A stretch of DNA of 62,943 nucleotides, counting the filler, from Hausera hauseri (taxonomy: Eukaryota), in assembly GCA_046269625.1 (NCBI GenBank). It is 11 parts of 11 records of this genome, joined end to end, with 100 filler letters (N's around TTAATTAATTAA, not from the genome) between each part and the next. Parts side by side here need not be neighbours in the genome. Positions count along the whole stretch, not along the records: positions 10,125 to 16,293 come from JBJURY010131095.1; positions 16,394 to 25,932 come from JBJURY010345490.1; 9 more parts are not named here. One strand, given 5' to 3'. This document shows, piece by piece, positions 10,991-23,099 of the stretch. The position numbers and the translations under genes were made by a program. A model generated the notes under the pieces. It was not told the origin of the DNA. It saw nothing but the letters and a program-made list of their open reading frames with translations, and ran no database searches. The first letter of the stretch is position 1. Every line of letters begins with the position of its first letter.

Positions 10991-11736
10991 TAGCCCCCTT
11001 TTTTCTGCAGTGTACCAGATTCCTCCAGGCTAAAGCAATAAAGAGAGTAATTAGAATGCTAAAGACAGATGTCTAAGGCCAGGGTGCCCTTAACTGGTGC
11101 CCCGGCAGAATCAGATGGTAGTGCAATGCAAACCCGATCTAACAGCCGGGTGTTGTGTGAACCGACGTATCACTAGGAAAAGGTGCATCCTCACTGTGTC
11201 CAGACCGAACGCCGTGAAAAGATCAATCAGAAACATTCTAATGAATGTTTGAACGTATGGAATGAATAGATCAGGAAAATAATGCCATAGGGGAACGCGG
11301 ATTGTGCCATCACCAGATTTTGCCTTACAACATTTAACTTCCCCCAAAACAACTTATCGCCGGAATAAAGTGAAGAAATAGCTGAGAAGTCTATTTTGAA
11401 TGGGTGAACCCACTGTTTAACGAAGTGTGACAAGGCAGAGAAAAAAAGATTTCAAAAATTAGTCAAAAGTGTGGACGGCATTTCATTAATTTTGCAGTAT
11501 ACGCGAAAAATGAACAAAATCCAGTGATGGGGGTCCAACAACTTGATACTTTAGCCACCGCTTGTATGGAATTTTAACACTTATTTTCACATGGTTTTGT
11601 TTGTAATTTTGTACTTCGTGTAGCCCGTGTTATCAGGAACTTAGCACCATATTTTTGTGGTCCGTAGTTGAGAGTGGAAAGGGGGCAGAGTGGCGAATGC
11701 TGATGCCTCGCCGTTTGCACACGGTTAGCTCAAAAT

Positions 11737-12190
11737 CAGCCGTCCCCAACCTTCTTTGCGCCACGAACTGTTTATTGTCAGACATATTTTCACGGGCCGG
11801 CAAGGTATGAGAGATAAATACAACAAAATAAAATGATACAACCAACACAAGAACTGTTTTTTTGTAAATATAAACGTCGATCCACTCACTGTGTACTTGT
11901 ATGTAACCTTACTAGCAGCGTCTTCCTGACACATCCCGACAACTTTCCCCTTTGTAAAGAAACTTTCCAATAACGTCTGTTTTTACCAAGAGAAGCGTCT
12001 TGACATGCGTCAAGAGTCATAGATGGACGTAACAAATAGAATCCTGTCATTTTTCAAAATAAAACATTGTTCTGACTCAAATATTACATACAACAGAAAT
12101 AATGTTAGTTATATATTCTTTCTGTGAGGCCCGGTAGCGAACGACCCACGGACCGGTGCCGGGCCATGGCCCAGGGGTTGGGGACAGCTA
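11737..12190. mobile_element. hAT-Charlie-type MITE (teleost-like)
   Basis: TIRs CAGCCGTCCCCAACC / GGTTGGGGACAGCTA, MER1/Charlie-like subterminal CCACGGACCGGTGCCGG, degenerate 8-bp TSD (ctcaaaat / atcaacat). Confidence 0.8.
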
Positions 12191-13074
12191 ATCAACATTT
12201 GCCAACTCAAAAACACCTGTAATTCTGTTAATTTAGCAGATTCAGAGGTAAAACTTGATGAGGCAGTTGCTGAAAGTGTTTCACAACACATACTCTGAGT
12301 GCAACATCTGAGAATAATGCATGTCATTGCCATAATATTGTTATAAGGACTCACCAACAGGATTTCTGTTTAATGCTATGCCATAAAAGGGGGTGGGTGT
12401 TATGCATTCCTTCAAAGAACGCTACAGGCCTGTATTGGTTTTGTTTCAACGTGGGTAAAAATGGGTTCAACTTGACTGCATTCACTTTCATCTGCCTTTA
12501 ACATCTCATGTTGCCACTAAAGTTCAACGCTAAATTGCCAGAGTATTTTGTCTTTGAAGTGCCTTAAGTTCCTGAGACAGAGGAGGCCTATCTATCTTTA
12601 CCGCCTTGCAAGATTCCCCTTCTACTGAGGTAATTAATGTTTTATATCTTCGATTCCACTAATTGCTTTGTATTGTATGACTAGGTTTAACCCCCAACTT
12701 TTGCTTCATTTCATTTTAAGCTTAGCAAATATGATAGGCAACATCAGTGAGTTTTTTTGAATGTTTTTCAAAGGAAACAGAAAGGACTGTGCATCGAGAG
12801 AGAAGAGAGTGGGACAGAAGATCATCTCGCTCTTACCTGGCACTATCCATGATGGATTCCACGCCTCCGTCGTTTCCTGAGATGGCATACCTGGCTCCTG
12901 ATCTACCACCGTTAGAGGAACAGGTGACTCTTCCACACTTTCATGGTACAATAATCCTTCTCCGTAATACTCCTGTGGACAGAGTCAAAGCCAGGAGGGC
13001 CCTTTTTGACGAGGTCCTGAGAATCTGGATTTGCTTCCCTGAGCTCTTCTGTATGCCTGCTGACTGGGAGCTCC

Positions 13075-14586
13075 TTGCCTACGTCCAGAGGAAGAAGGCT
13101 GACATTGACCCCCACTGGGGTTCACGTGCCCTTTGACAAGGTTGAACCCACTGAACTTTCTGTTCCGCCACCAGTGGTCTTCACTGCTGCAGCCCCTGTG
13201 GTCGCTTCCAGGCCTGCCACAGTCTCCATAGATTTTACAGCTCCTGTAGCCCTTGATGAGTCCACGCTCTCGGAGGGTCCCACGTCTTCAATCGTTCCAG
13301 TGCCGGCGGCTACTCCTGCACCCCCCCAGATGGCGGTTGCTCCCATGGTTCCTGCTTCCGTCACTGCTACCGCTACTACCGTTCCTGCTTCCGCCACAGC
13401 TGCAGCCCTTACTCCTGAGGCCACCACGCCTATTGTTTCTGCTTCTCCTCAGGTTTCAGTTGCTACCGCTCCTGAGGTCACCGCGTCAGCTGCTTCTGGT
13501 CTTCGCCTGGTTCCTGCTTCTGTCGCCGCGGCCACTTCTGAGGTCACTATGTCAGCTGCTGCCACTGCCCCGGTGGACACCGCACTTACTGTTTCTGCTC
13601 CTCTGTTTTCAGCTGCAGCGTCTCCTGCTTCTCCTACGTTGGACAGCGCTGCTGCTTCTCCTGAGACTCCTGTGTCTACCAGTGCTGCCGCTTCTCCTGA
13701 GACTCCTGTGTCTACTGCCGCGACCACTTCTGAGGTCACTACGTCAGCTGCTGCCGCTGCCCCGGTGGACACCGCACTTACTGTTTCTGCTCCTCTGTTT
13801 TCAGCTGCAGCGTCTCCTGCTTCTCCTACGTCAGACAGCGCTGCTGCTTCTCCTATGACTCCTACGTCTACCAGCGCTGCCGCTTCTCCTGAGACTCCTG
13901 TGTCTACCAGCGCTGCCGCTTCTCCTGTGTCTACCAGCGCAGTCACGTCTCCTGCTTCTCCTGTGTCTACCAGCGCAGCCACGTCTCCTGCTTCTCCTGC
14001 GTCTGCCAGTGCTGCCGCTTCTCCTGCGACTCCCATGTCAGTCAGTGCGGCCACTTCTGTGACTCCTGTGTCTGCCTCTTCGCCTGTGACTCCTACGTCA
14101 GTCATCGCGGCCGCTTCTCCTGCGTCAGCCCACGCTGCCACTTCTTGTGTGGTTCCTGCGTCAGTCTCTGTGGCAGCTCCCCTAGTGGTCTTCACATCAT
14201 CTGCCTGCCTTGCACCTCGCCACCGTAGAGAAAAGGCTGATGAACCTGCCTCTTTTCCCACCGCTGATGAACCTGCCTCTGTCCTCACAGCTGATGAACC
14301 TGTCTTTGTCTCCTCTGCTGATGAATCTGTTTCTGACCCTGAAGCAGCAGAACTCCTGTCTGTCTCTGCAACTACCAATGTCCCGTCTGTTCCTGCTACT
14401 GCCGATGTCCCGTCCGGCCCGGCAACTGCCAATCCACCATCACTGGTCCCAGTCCGTCCTTCCCTGAACTCTGGTCCTGCTCTGGATGGTCCTCAGGACA
14501 CCCACCTGAACTTGACCTGTGGTATGTTTGGTCACAGGGACGTCCACCCGAACTCTTGTTATGTACGTTTTCAGGACTGCTCCTAG
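13075..14586 (+). CDS. Ala/Ser/Pro/Thr-rich repetitive ORF of the LTR element
   Basis: 503-aa open frame made of in-frame repeats (192-nt duplication at 13532/13724; SAAASPETPVST units). Confidence 0.4.
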   Translation: MPTSRGRRLTLTPTGVHVPFDKVEPTELSVPPPVVFTAAAPVVASRPATVSIDFTAPVALDESTLSEGPTSSIVPVPAATPAPPQMAVAPMVPASVTATATTVPASATAAALTPEATTPIVSASPQVSVATAPEVTASAASGLRLVPASVAAATSEVTMSAAATAPVDTALTVSAPLFSAAASPASPTLDSAAASPETPVSTSAAASPETPVSTAATTSEVTTSAAAAAPVDTALTVSAPLFSAAASPASPTSDSAAASPMTPTSTSAAASPETPVSTSAAASPVSTSAVTSPASPVSTSAATSPASPASASAAASPATPMSVSAATSVTPVSASSPVTPTSVIAAASPASAHAATSCVVPASVSVAAPLVVFTSSACLAPRHRREKADEPASFPTADEPASVLTADEPVFVSSADESVSDPEAAELLSVSATTNVPSVPATADVPSGPATANPPSLVPVRPSLNSGPALDGPQDTHLNLTCGMFGHRDVHPNSCYVRFQDCS

Positions 14587-14699
14587 GTTGTTTGTTTCTT
14601 GGTGCCCTCCAACCTTCAGTTTTTTCCTCCCACCACCCACCCGAGTTAGGGTATGGTGTTTTAGAATGTCAGGAGCCATTTAGAAGAGGGGGGGGATAC

Positions 14700-15359
14700 T
14701 GTAGTGATCGGTACCTGCCCTGCTTTATTCATTTAGTTATTATTTAGTATTCTGTATCAGCCCAGCTCTGACCTTAGTGATCTGCCCCTGCTCTATGCTT
14801 TAGTTTAATTATTCTTCATGTAACATGTTTTGTTTTATTGGTTCTCCAGTCCAGCTCCTGCTCTGTGCTTTAGTTTAATTCTTCAGTTATTGTGTTTTGG
14901 TTCTCCAGTCCTGCTCTGTGCTTTAGTTTAATTATTCTTCATGTAACATGTTTTGTTTTATTGGTTCTACAGTCCTGCTCTGTGCTTTAGTTTAATTATT
15001 CTTCATGTAACATGTTTTGTTTTAATTAGTTATCCTGTCCTGTCCTGATCTGTGCTCTTAGTTAATTACTCCCCAGGTGTTTTGTGTTCAGTTTGATTAT
15101 GACTTGCCTTTATATTCTGAGCTCTCCTGCATCTCAGGCAGGGGAGCATTAAGTGTAGATTCCTGCACCATCACGGTCAGCTCCTAGTTCCTGGTTTCCT
15201 AGAGTCCTGGTATTCCGAGTATTCCCTCGAGTCGTGAGTAACTATCTTGCGCTGTCAGCTTCCTATGTTTTGTTATTGCCTTTTTGTAATTAAAGACTTT
15301 TTGCTGCACTCTTGGAGTCTTGCTTGCATTTGGGTCTCAACCAACACCCGATCATGACA
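14700..15359 (+). repeat. LTR
   Basis: Follows PPT AGAAGAGGGGGGGGA; termini TGTAGTGATCGG...CCGATCATGACA are imperfectly inverted; internal tandem repeats of about 60-65 nt (14790-15060); ATTAAA near 15288. Confidence 0.8.
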
Positions 15360-16393
15360 GAATGTTCCCCTCACTAAGACCCAGCAAGCAGCCCTCACTG
15401 AGACGCAGCAAGCAGTCCTCAAAGACACCCAGCAAGAAGCTCCCTCTTTTTGAATGTTTTTCAAACAAAACTGAAAGGACTATGCGTCGTGAGAGAAAAG
15501 AGTGGGACAGGAGATTGCCTCGCTCTTACCTGGCACATTTCTTGAAGGCTTCCACGCCCTTGTGGTTTCCTGCTCCTGAGATGGCGAACCTGGCTCCTGA
15601 TTTACCACCATTGAGGATCAGGTGACTGTTCTACACTTTCGTGGTATAATAACCCTTCTCCGTATTACTCCTGCAGACAGGGTCAAAGCCAGGAGGGCCC
15701 TCTTCGATGAGGTACTGAGAAGTTCTTCTGTATGCCTACTGACTGGGAGATCCTTGTCTACACCCAGAGGAAGAAGGCTGAGATTGACCCCCCTGAGGTT
15801 CATGTGCACTCTGACAAGGTTGAACCCACTGAACCTCCTGCTCCGTCACCAGTGGTCTTCACTGCTACAGCCTTTACAACTCCTGCAGTACCTAATGAGT
15901 CCATGTCCTCGGAGGGTCCCACGTCCTCAGTCATTCTTGTGCTGGTGGTTACTCCTGCACTCCCCAAGATGGCAGTTGCTCCCATGGTCCCNNNNNNNNN
16001 NTGCTGACAACTCCCCTTTTGGTCTCTGTACCAACTGCTGCTGTACCTTTTCTGGTTTCTGCTTCCATCGCTCCTGCTGCTCCTGTCGCTCCTGCCGCAC
16101 CTGGGTTCATTGCATCAGCCGCTGCCACCGCTGCTCCTGAAGTCACTGTGCCTGCTGTCTCTGTTCTTCCTCTATTTTCAGCTGCAGACACCCCGTCTTT
16201 CCTCCGTCAGCCACCGCTGCCACCCCTTCTGAAGTTGCCATGTCTACAGCAGCTGCTACTATTCTTCTGGTTCCTGCTTCCGCCGCCGCTGCCNNNNNNN
16301 NNNNNNNNNNNNNNNNNNNNNNNNNNNNNNNNNNNNNTTAATTAATTAANNNNNNNNNNNNNNNNNNNNNNNNNNNNNNNNNNNNNNNNNNNN

Positions 16394-16810
16394 GCCCGGG
16401 TGGTCACCGAAATGCTGCTAATTTGATTAAAATTATTTCCGCTCTTTAAGGAACATCGTTTGCAGTCTACGAGTAAATTTTAGTGGGACAGAAAGTCTAA
16501 ACCCAATATAAGTGTGCGTGCATTGGCTACTGTAAATTTCCAAGTGAATGTGTTTTGGAAATTTGGAAGTGTAAAAGTTAATTTGTTAACACCAAAAATT
16601 TGTAAGGGTTCACCGGACGCAGTAGGCAATTGCTTATTTGAAGTGAAATTGTTTTTGATGTGTTGCGTTGGTGGTAGTAAAGAGATTGCTGCGCCGGTGT
16701 CTATAAGTAAGTTAATATTTTGCTTTATTGGAGTGACAATTGCTGATTCTAACGTGAATACGGAAAAAGAAATGTGTCCGCTATTTTTTGTAGGTTGTTG
16801 CCTTTGCTAG
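16394..16810 (-). pseudogene. Retroviral aspartic protease
   Basis: Minus strand LLIDTGAAISLLP...ILGLDFL. Confidence 0.85.
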
Positions 16811-16948
16811 AACTTTCCGTGTGTCCTAGCGGTGAAATCAGTTTTTTGTAGCTGGTAAGTTTAGCCTACTATTTTGTGTGGGTTTACTGGTGTTGATTTT
16901 ATTGTGCGTGTTGTAGTTACAGTCATTTAGGCATTTGTGTGCTTTTTG

Positions 16949-17980
16949 TCAAAATTTTGAGTAATAGATACAAACGATGTTGCTTGTATTAAAATCGGTG
17001 GAGTAAAATTTACAACTGATGCAGCATTTCTGAGCATTATTACCAAATTTGTTATGGTGGTAGCAAATAGACGACCGCATAGGCGAAGGCGATCGTCTTT
17101 GACGTTTATTAAACATATTAGGGGAAGCAGCCCTAGAAAAACCTCGTTGAGGCAGAGTCAACTCATTTAATTTCTCGTTTATATTGTTAATTATCTTTTG
17201 TAACATTTCATTTTTTGTGCGTAATTGCGCAATTTGTTGCTGCAGCATAGCATTTTGTTGTTGGTGGTTTGTTCTTACTGCCACAGAGACAGTTGGTGTC
17301 GTTTGTGAGTGCAGCACTTCGTAAGCTTTGTCCGCCAGTTCGGCTAGCTTGTCCAGTGCCGTGGATTCTTTTACCACAGTTAGCAAAGCCTTTATTTAAA
17401 GGGGCAATGCATTTAAAAAGTAGCGACGAAGAAGTTCTGAATTATGCTCAGATGTTACGCCAAGGGTATTAAGATGAGACAAAGATGTACGCAAGAATTC
17501 AGAAGGCCTTTTAAGGCCCATGGCGTTGTCGTTGAAGAATTTTTGAATGATAGAGTCGATTGGCGGCTCAGAGAGCTTAAGAACAGCATTGTAAAGTTGA
17601 GCATATGGATCGGTGTGCTGAAGGATGTCAATGATGTTTGTGATTTTTGTTTTGATGGAAGAAGGTAAATGAAAAAATAGACTGTTGGCTTTGTATAAGG
17701 AGTCAACGTTTTATGATTGGAGCCACAATTGATGCCGTTTTAACCATGTTTGGGTAGAATTGTGGCTGTCGAGGACGTATTCTGTGCAGGGTGAATGAGT
17801 GGGGAGTGTGTGCTGCGTCGAAGTGTTTGAGGCACTTTATTTGGGTAGGTAAGTGATGGAAATCGGTGGTTTGGTAAGTTTGTCCATGGTATCAATAGTG
17901 GGCGATGAATCCATGCCACCACGGATGCGGAAGTGAATGTGAAGACAAATGTGGGTTGTAGAGGGGTACTAGATTTCCAT
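16949..17980 (-). pseudogene. Gag with CHCC knuckle
   Basis: KRPSEFLR, LAELADK, coiled coil, ICYHHNKFGNNAQKCCISC (CsRn1-type CHCC motif); frameshifted. Confidence 0.8.
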
Positions 17981-18299
17981 TATGTGATATAGAAGTTAGA
18001 GGAATGAAGTAAGGTAGAGGCGAAGTTGCGAATAGCCGCAGTATGTAAGTGTGTTATTGTATGTGTGAATGTGTTGGTTATTTAAAAAAAGGAAAATGAA
18101 CTACGGAGAGGTCGTGTGTCCGGGGGCTTGCTGTGGAGCGGCAGCGAAAGGCGCCGTCTGACCCAGTGGTACAGGGTGGGCGGCAAGGACCTCAGCCTGG
18201 CCGTGGCGGGCCCAAAATTTCGGGTAAGCGAATTCCGCGCCCGAGGCGTGATAAAATACGACTGAGAATTGCCAACATCATCACAATAGATAATGTGCT

Positions 18300-18720
18300 T
18301 CTTAAACCGAATATTGGGAACATTATCATGCACCAGTGTTCAAAATTGAAAGAGAATGTATCTGCATCTTTTTGCGTCAGAATTTCAGATAGATTTTGTG
18401 TAGTGTGAAGACAAATCACCCTGTGTAGGTGGTTGTGACCGCGTGACGTATTGACTATCTTTGTTGAAACATACTGCTGATACGAGTTAGTACCAAATTT
18501 GTCAATTAAAATTCTTAAGTTATTGGAGGCAGCCTCTCTAAGAGCGTAGACTGGATCGGCAAGCCAACTTAGACATACCGTCGTTAATTAATCTTCAGAA
18601 AAAACTCGGCGGCCTATCAAACCAGCTAATAGAAGAAAGGTTTGCATGAATGCTAATCGGACACGCCATTTTGAATCATCGGCTGATGCAGTGATTGCAG
18701 GGATGAGATTTTGGTTGGGT
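18300..18720 (-). pseudogene. PPP2R1A: PP2A scaffold A subunit HEAT-repeat fragment
   Basis: LIPAITASADDSKWRVRLA...LAGLIG...VCLSWLADPVYALREAASNNL..LIDKFG...HLHRV...DNVPNIRF; contains a stop and frameshifts. Confidence 0.85.
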
Positions 18721-18945
18721 TTAAATTGCGTATTGAGTTGAGTTTTTATGTTCATTGACGAACATATATTATCACATGTTATTAGATTTATCGCAATACC
18801 GAGGTGCCGAAAACAACCCGATCGACCAATTCTGTGGCGATACATTTTGGCATGTGAGAAAATCAAACTTTATCACAACGGTGACTGACAGTATGTTAAA
18901 ACCTCATATAAATAAATCAGTACAAACCAAATTTCTGCAATTTTC
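18720..18945 (-). pseudogene. DDX6: DDX6/Dhh1/Me31B DEAD-box helicase C-terminal fragment
   Basis: CRNLVCTDLF..GFNILSVTVVIKFDF / YRHRIGRSGCFRHLGIAINLIT...IKTQLNTQFKP. Confidence 0.88.
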
Positions 18946-18949
18946 ATTA

Positions 18950-20312
18950 CTTGCTTGGTTTACTGGGTTAATAATTTCTTTCCTCGGTTTTCTGAAAGAT
19001 TTTAGAAGACTTGGAAAAATGACATCTACTGTATGTGCATCAAACTTAACTTTCTTCAGGGATTCTAACGAATCTTCAAGATTTGAAGTTTTCCAAGATA
19101 AATCAGACTCCAAATACTCGCAATAACTGTTGGATGACACCGAAGCACTTTTAACCAAATAATAAGGAATTCGTACAAAATTTTCGTGTTTGGCATATGA
19201 ACCGTACTTTGCCACGTTTCTAACTTGAAATTGAGGTTGTCTGTTATTCACCGAATTTAATTTTTTCATTTCAATTCCACGAGAAAAGACATTGTCACTA
19301 AAAGCGCTGATAAATCCAAATAATATTGGCCGACCAAAACATGTTTCAAGCATTTTAAATGAACTAAACTGTGCAGAAAACGTCCCTTCAAGTTTTCTAA
19401 TATTTTTAGAATAAACATTTTTCCCTATATGGCCATGATCAACAGAAGAAATCGACTGTTAATCGTTTATTATCACATATCAGCACTTGCGCAGTACCGC
19501 TTTTGGCCCAATTTATCGCGAGAATAACCAGCAACACATACCGTCCCCATTTTAGGAATTTCTTGGAATTTAAAAAAATCACTCAATGTATTATATAATA
19601 ACTTAAGTCTATCCTCTTGATCGAACTGACCAACTTCTGAAACAAAAAATAAAGATGGCGTTATGAATTCCCTAGCAGTTACTGCAAAAGTGTGATTCAA
19701 ACTGTACTTGTTGTAATTAATATATGTACCATGTAGATAATTTTTGACATTATCAGTGCCTTTGACAGAATATTTGTCCAGCATTGTTCTAAATAATGTT
19801 GCAAATTCGTGAAAGTTTAAAAGATTGAGTGGATGTTCACAAATTGACGCCCGCGGGAAATAATGTCTCTTAATTAAGTCATGAACCCTTCTTGGGGAAA
19901 CGATTATAATGAGTACAGTTTGTTGGAGTTGCTCATTGTCGTCCTATTTTGTAAAATTCACCATGTTATCAAAGTTAGAAAAAAATGTTATCTTGGTGGG
20001 GATATACGACTTTTTCTGACACCAATTAGTGGTACGAGCTAATCTACACCATTGATTTCTCTTTGATTTCTGTTGCAATATGATTGACAATAAATGGGAC
20101 ACAACGTCATAGGGAACGTCCGGGATTTTTTCTTGGGAAACCTCAAAAATACAACTTCTGTCGTTCATTCGGTGACGCCTTTCTTGTGGCTGCCTCCTGC
20201 GCAAAGGTTCATCGAGTATCGTCCAGGCAGAATTCAGAAACGAAAGAATCGCTTTATCTCTGTCAAGAGCAGGGTGCATAAAACAAATAAAAAATGTACG
20301 TACATAGATCAC
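18950..20312 (-). pseudogene. Unidentified interrupted coding region upstream of the DDX6 fragment
   Basis: Chain of same-strand ORFs (19944-20312, 19473-19784, 18904-19353) separated by stops; no family recognised. Confidence 0.35.
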
Positions 20313-20799
20313 AATGATTAAAATTAAATAAATTCCAGTTCACCGAATAACTACAGTAAACAAAAAAATTAAAGTGACGATAAAATTCCAATATGGAGAT
20401 AGCAGAAAATCAAAATTCGCCAAAATCTGTCTATTTAAACATAATTCAAACGCGAAAAACTAACAGTATTACGAATGCAAATGACTTGTTTTACAAACGC
20501 CGGAAACAGAAACACACGAAACACGCCAAACACGAACAAGTCAGCTAGATTTAATGTTGTAGAAAGTCAATAAAGACAAAAAGTAAAATATAACTGTATC
20601 AAAATAAACATGAATCTATGATATGACATTAAAAAAAATTTTTATTTATAAAACTCAATGATAAATGAGACAGACACATCCACACTCAGACCGAGATTCA
20701 TAGACCAAAATACACAGCAAGGATATTTTTTATTTGTATTTTAGCTAAGTTTTTATAATGATAGATAAGTAACTTAGGATTCAAAATGAGCGGATGTGT

Positions 20800-21950
20800 T
20801 AGTTTGTTTCAACTGTCAACGTTGTATCTGATAATTTCTCTAGTTTAATTTTGTTATCTTCGATCTGTACGTTTTTGGTTTTTACCTGAAAATTCGCATC
20901 TTGAATAATAAACGAATTCGATATTGAATTTTTGTTAGACAATTAGGAATTTAAGAGAAAATGATGTTCCTGGATCTGTTGGTAATTTGATAACTCCAGA
21001 TTATTGCAAATGGTTTTTGTATGTGTCCTGGGCTTTCTGTGCAGTTTATATCTGATCTTGATTGTGAATAGTAGTATAGCTCAAATTAAAGTAGGAATCA
21101 GTGCCAAAATGATAAAATCGATCTTAATATTAAAGCTGTTTGACGAAACATCGTTAATATGTATTACAAATGAAGGAGAAATATTGACTGTGTTATCATC
21201 AATTCAAAAATTGCCGTAGTGTTCCCACGAATAATTGCTTTCATTCTGACAATAGACATTCAGACGGTACTTATCCATATAGGTACTTTCTTCAGAACAA
21301 GCGATGAATTTACATCCACAAACACCAACAAGATAGGTGGAACATCTACATAAGTACCCTTTTCTTCAATTGATGCATTTTGCGTCTGATTGTAAATGGT
21401 TTTCGAATGTATGTAATTGTTTTCGGATGCCATTACTTACCTGACAGTATACGCCTGTTAGTAAAAAATCCAATAGCCAGACAAATATAAAACAGAATTG
21501 CAATGAGCAAAATGATGACCAATTTTAAATTAACATAGCCACTGTCGAAGGTAAAATTTGTTTGTAGTGGGATATTGGACCGATGTTGTAATTTTGTTCG
21601 ATTGAGTAGAATACATTCGTGTCACCACCTGACGTATCAATATTTTGCTGTTGATATATTTTTTTGTTATAGTACTTACTGATATTGACGATGGGGTTAT
21701 CGAGTTTGAAGTAGAAAATTGTGAGGGAGTAGAAAGAGTAGGTGTACTATATGCATTTATTGATGTTCTCGTGGTTGTAAACGTAGTAAGAGCGGTGGAA
21801 TCAGTCGTTGACGAAGTATTTTCTATCTTAAGATCTGATTGCCATGGGGCTAACAGACGACAATGATGTTGTAGATGCAGTTTCGGCCTTTGTAGATGGC
21901 ACCATTGAAGTTATTCTTGATGGTGGTGGTCTTGATGGCGTCGTTGGTTG
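20800..21950 (-). pseudogene. Decayed Ser/Thr-rich, Cys-containing single-pass membrane protein gene
   Basis: Minus strand has an S/T/P-rich stretch, YLCRCS..VCGC..C, a hydrophobic IDFIILALIPTLI*AILLFTI segment followed by basic residues, and a donor-like CAG|GTAAGT near 21440. Confidence 0.4.
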
Positions 21951-23099
21951 CATCGTTGAAGTCTCTTTTTAACGCCGTTGGCTAACTTCTTAAAATAGGC
22001 AACACGTCAAATTTGTAAAATTTTCAAGGCGAGGAATCCGGCCCAACTATGGGCCCGATGCGGCGACGACGAACGCCCGGCCGTGTCCAATCAAATGGGC
22101 CAGAGGGCACCGGCCGCTGTGGGCACCACATCACCCCCGTGGCAAAGTGAAAATTATGATAACGAAAATAGATAGAAAGAAACAAGCGCTAAGCAAAGCA
22201 GTGTATATATCAGTTGGTCTTAGTGTGAACAAGACGTTGGGTATCTTATACTGACTTTTCCCTCTATACTTGCTGAATGTTACTCTGCGTGTTTTGTCTT
22301 TATGCTGTGTGTTTGCCTGCAGAGGTTGAAGTTGGGGAAAAGTTGTCGAATTTTGTTGTGAGTGTTGTGTCGTGCGAAGCGAGTCAGAATAAAGAGAAGA
22401 AGGTGTAGGAGGAAGAGACATTGTTGAAGACGAATGGTTAAAGGTACTCAAGAGAGTTAGAAGACGAATGAATGATAAAAGGTGTAGTGGCGGATAAAGG
22501 GAGAAAAAAATGTAGGAGTAGAAGTTGGAATTGAATTGTGTGAAAGAGTGGAAGTGTAAGATGAAACAGAGGTAGTGGTAGAGAGAGAAAGAGAGATAGG
22601 GATAGAAGAAAAAAGAGGAGGAAGTTGCGAAGCGGAAATGAAAGGAATGAGAGACTATGTGCAAGGAGAAAGAGAGGAAGAAAGCGCCGAAGATGAGGAG
22701 GGTGTGGAAGGAAAAAAAGGAGAGAGAAGGGCGAAGAGGTACAAAACGGAAGAGAGCAAGAAGATGGAGAAGGCGAAGGAAAGTAGTTGGTAGGTGGTAT
22801 TCAAGAAGTTGGAATGATGAAAGGGGTGGATAGAGAGACTGGTAAAGTCGAAGTGGTGTTTGATGGAGAAAGTACTGTAAAAGGATAAAGCAGGTTGTTA
22901 TGAGTGGATGAAAGAGGTGTGAAAAGGATTGAAGGTGCAAAATCCGGTGGGGAGGAAGAAGCTAAATTGTCAGAAGAAATTGAAATAGAAGTCTCGGGAG
23001 AACGCGTAGGCAAAAGTGGATTAATAAATTGAACAGAGATGGAAGGTAAATTGTTGGATTTCTGCGCGTCGTGTAAAGATGTTGGTGGCAAGGTGGTTT

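Larger units (their letters stand above)
12750..16293 (+). mobile_element. Non-autonomous LTR element in tandem (internal-LTR-internal), teleost-like
   Basis: 12750-13500 is homologous to 15445-16290; the two copies are separated by a PPT and one LTR; no pol. Confidence 0.75.

Noticed and set aside
13253-14432. Overlapping Leu-rich and antisense Ala/Gly-rich ORFs
   Set aside because: By-products of stop-poor GC-rich repeats
18150-18165. tRNA primer-binding site assignment
   Set aside because: TGGGTCAGA only partly resembles a tRNA-Leu PBS; too weak to call
22131-22940. 269-aa hydrophobic ORF as env of the circular Gypsy
   Set aside because: Low-complexity pyrimidine-rich strand gives F/L/S bias; no equivalent ORF in the sister copy near 56000-56430
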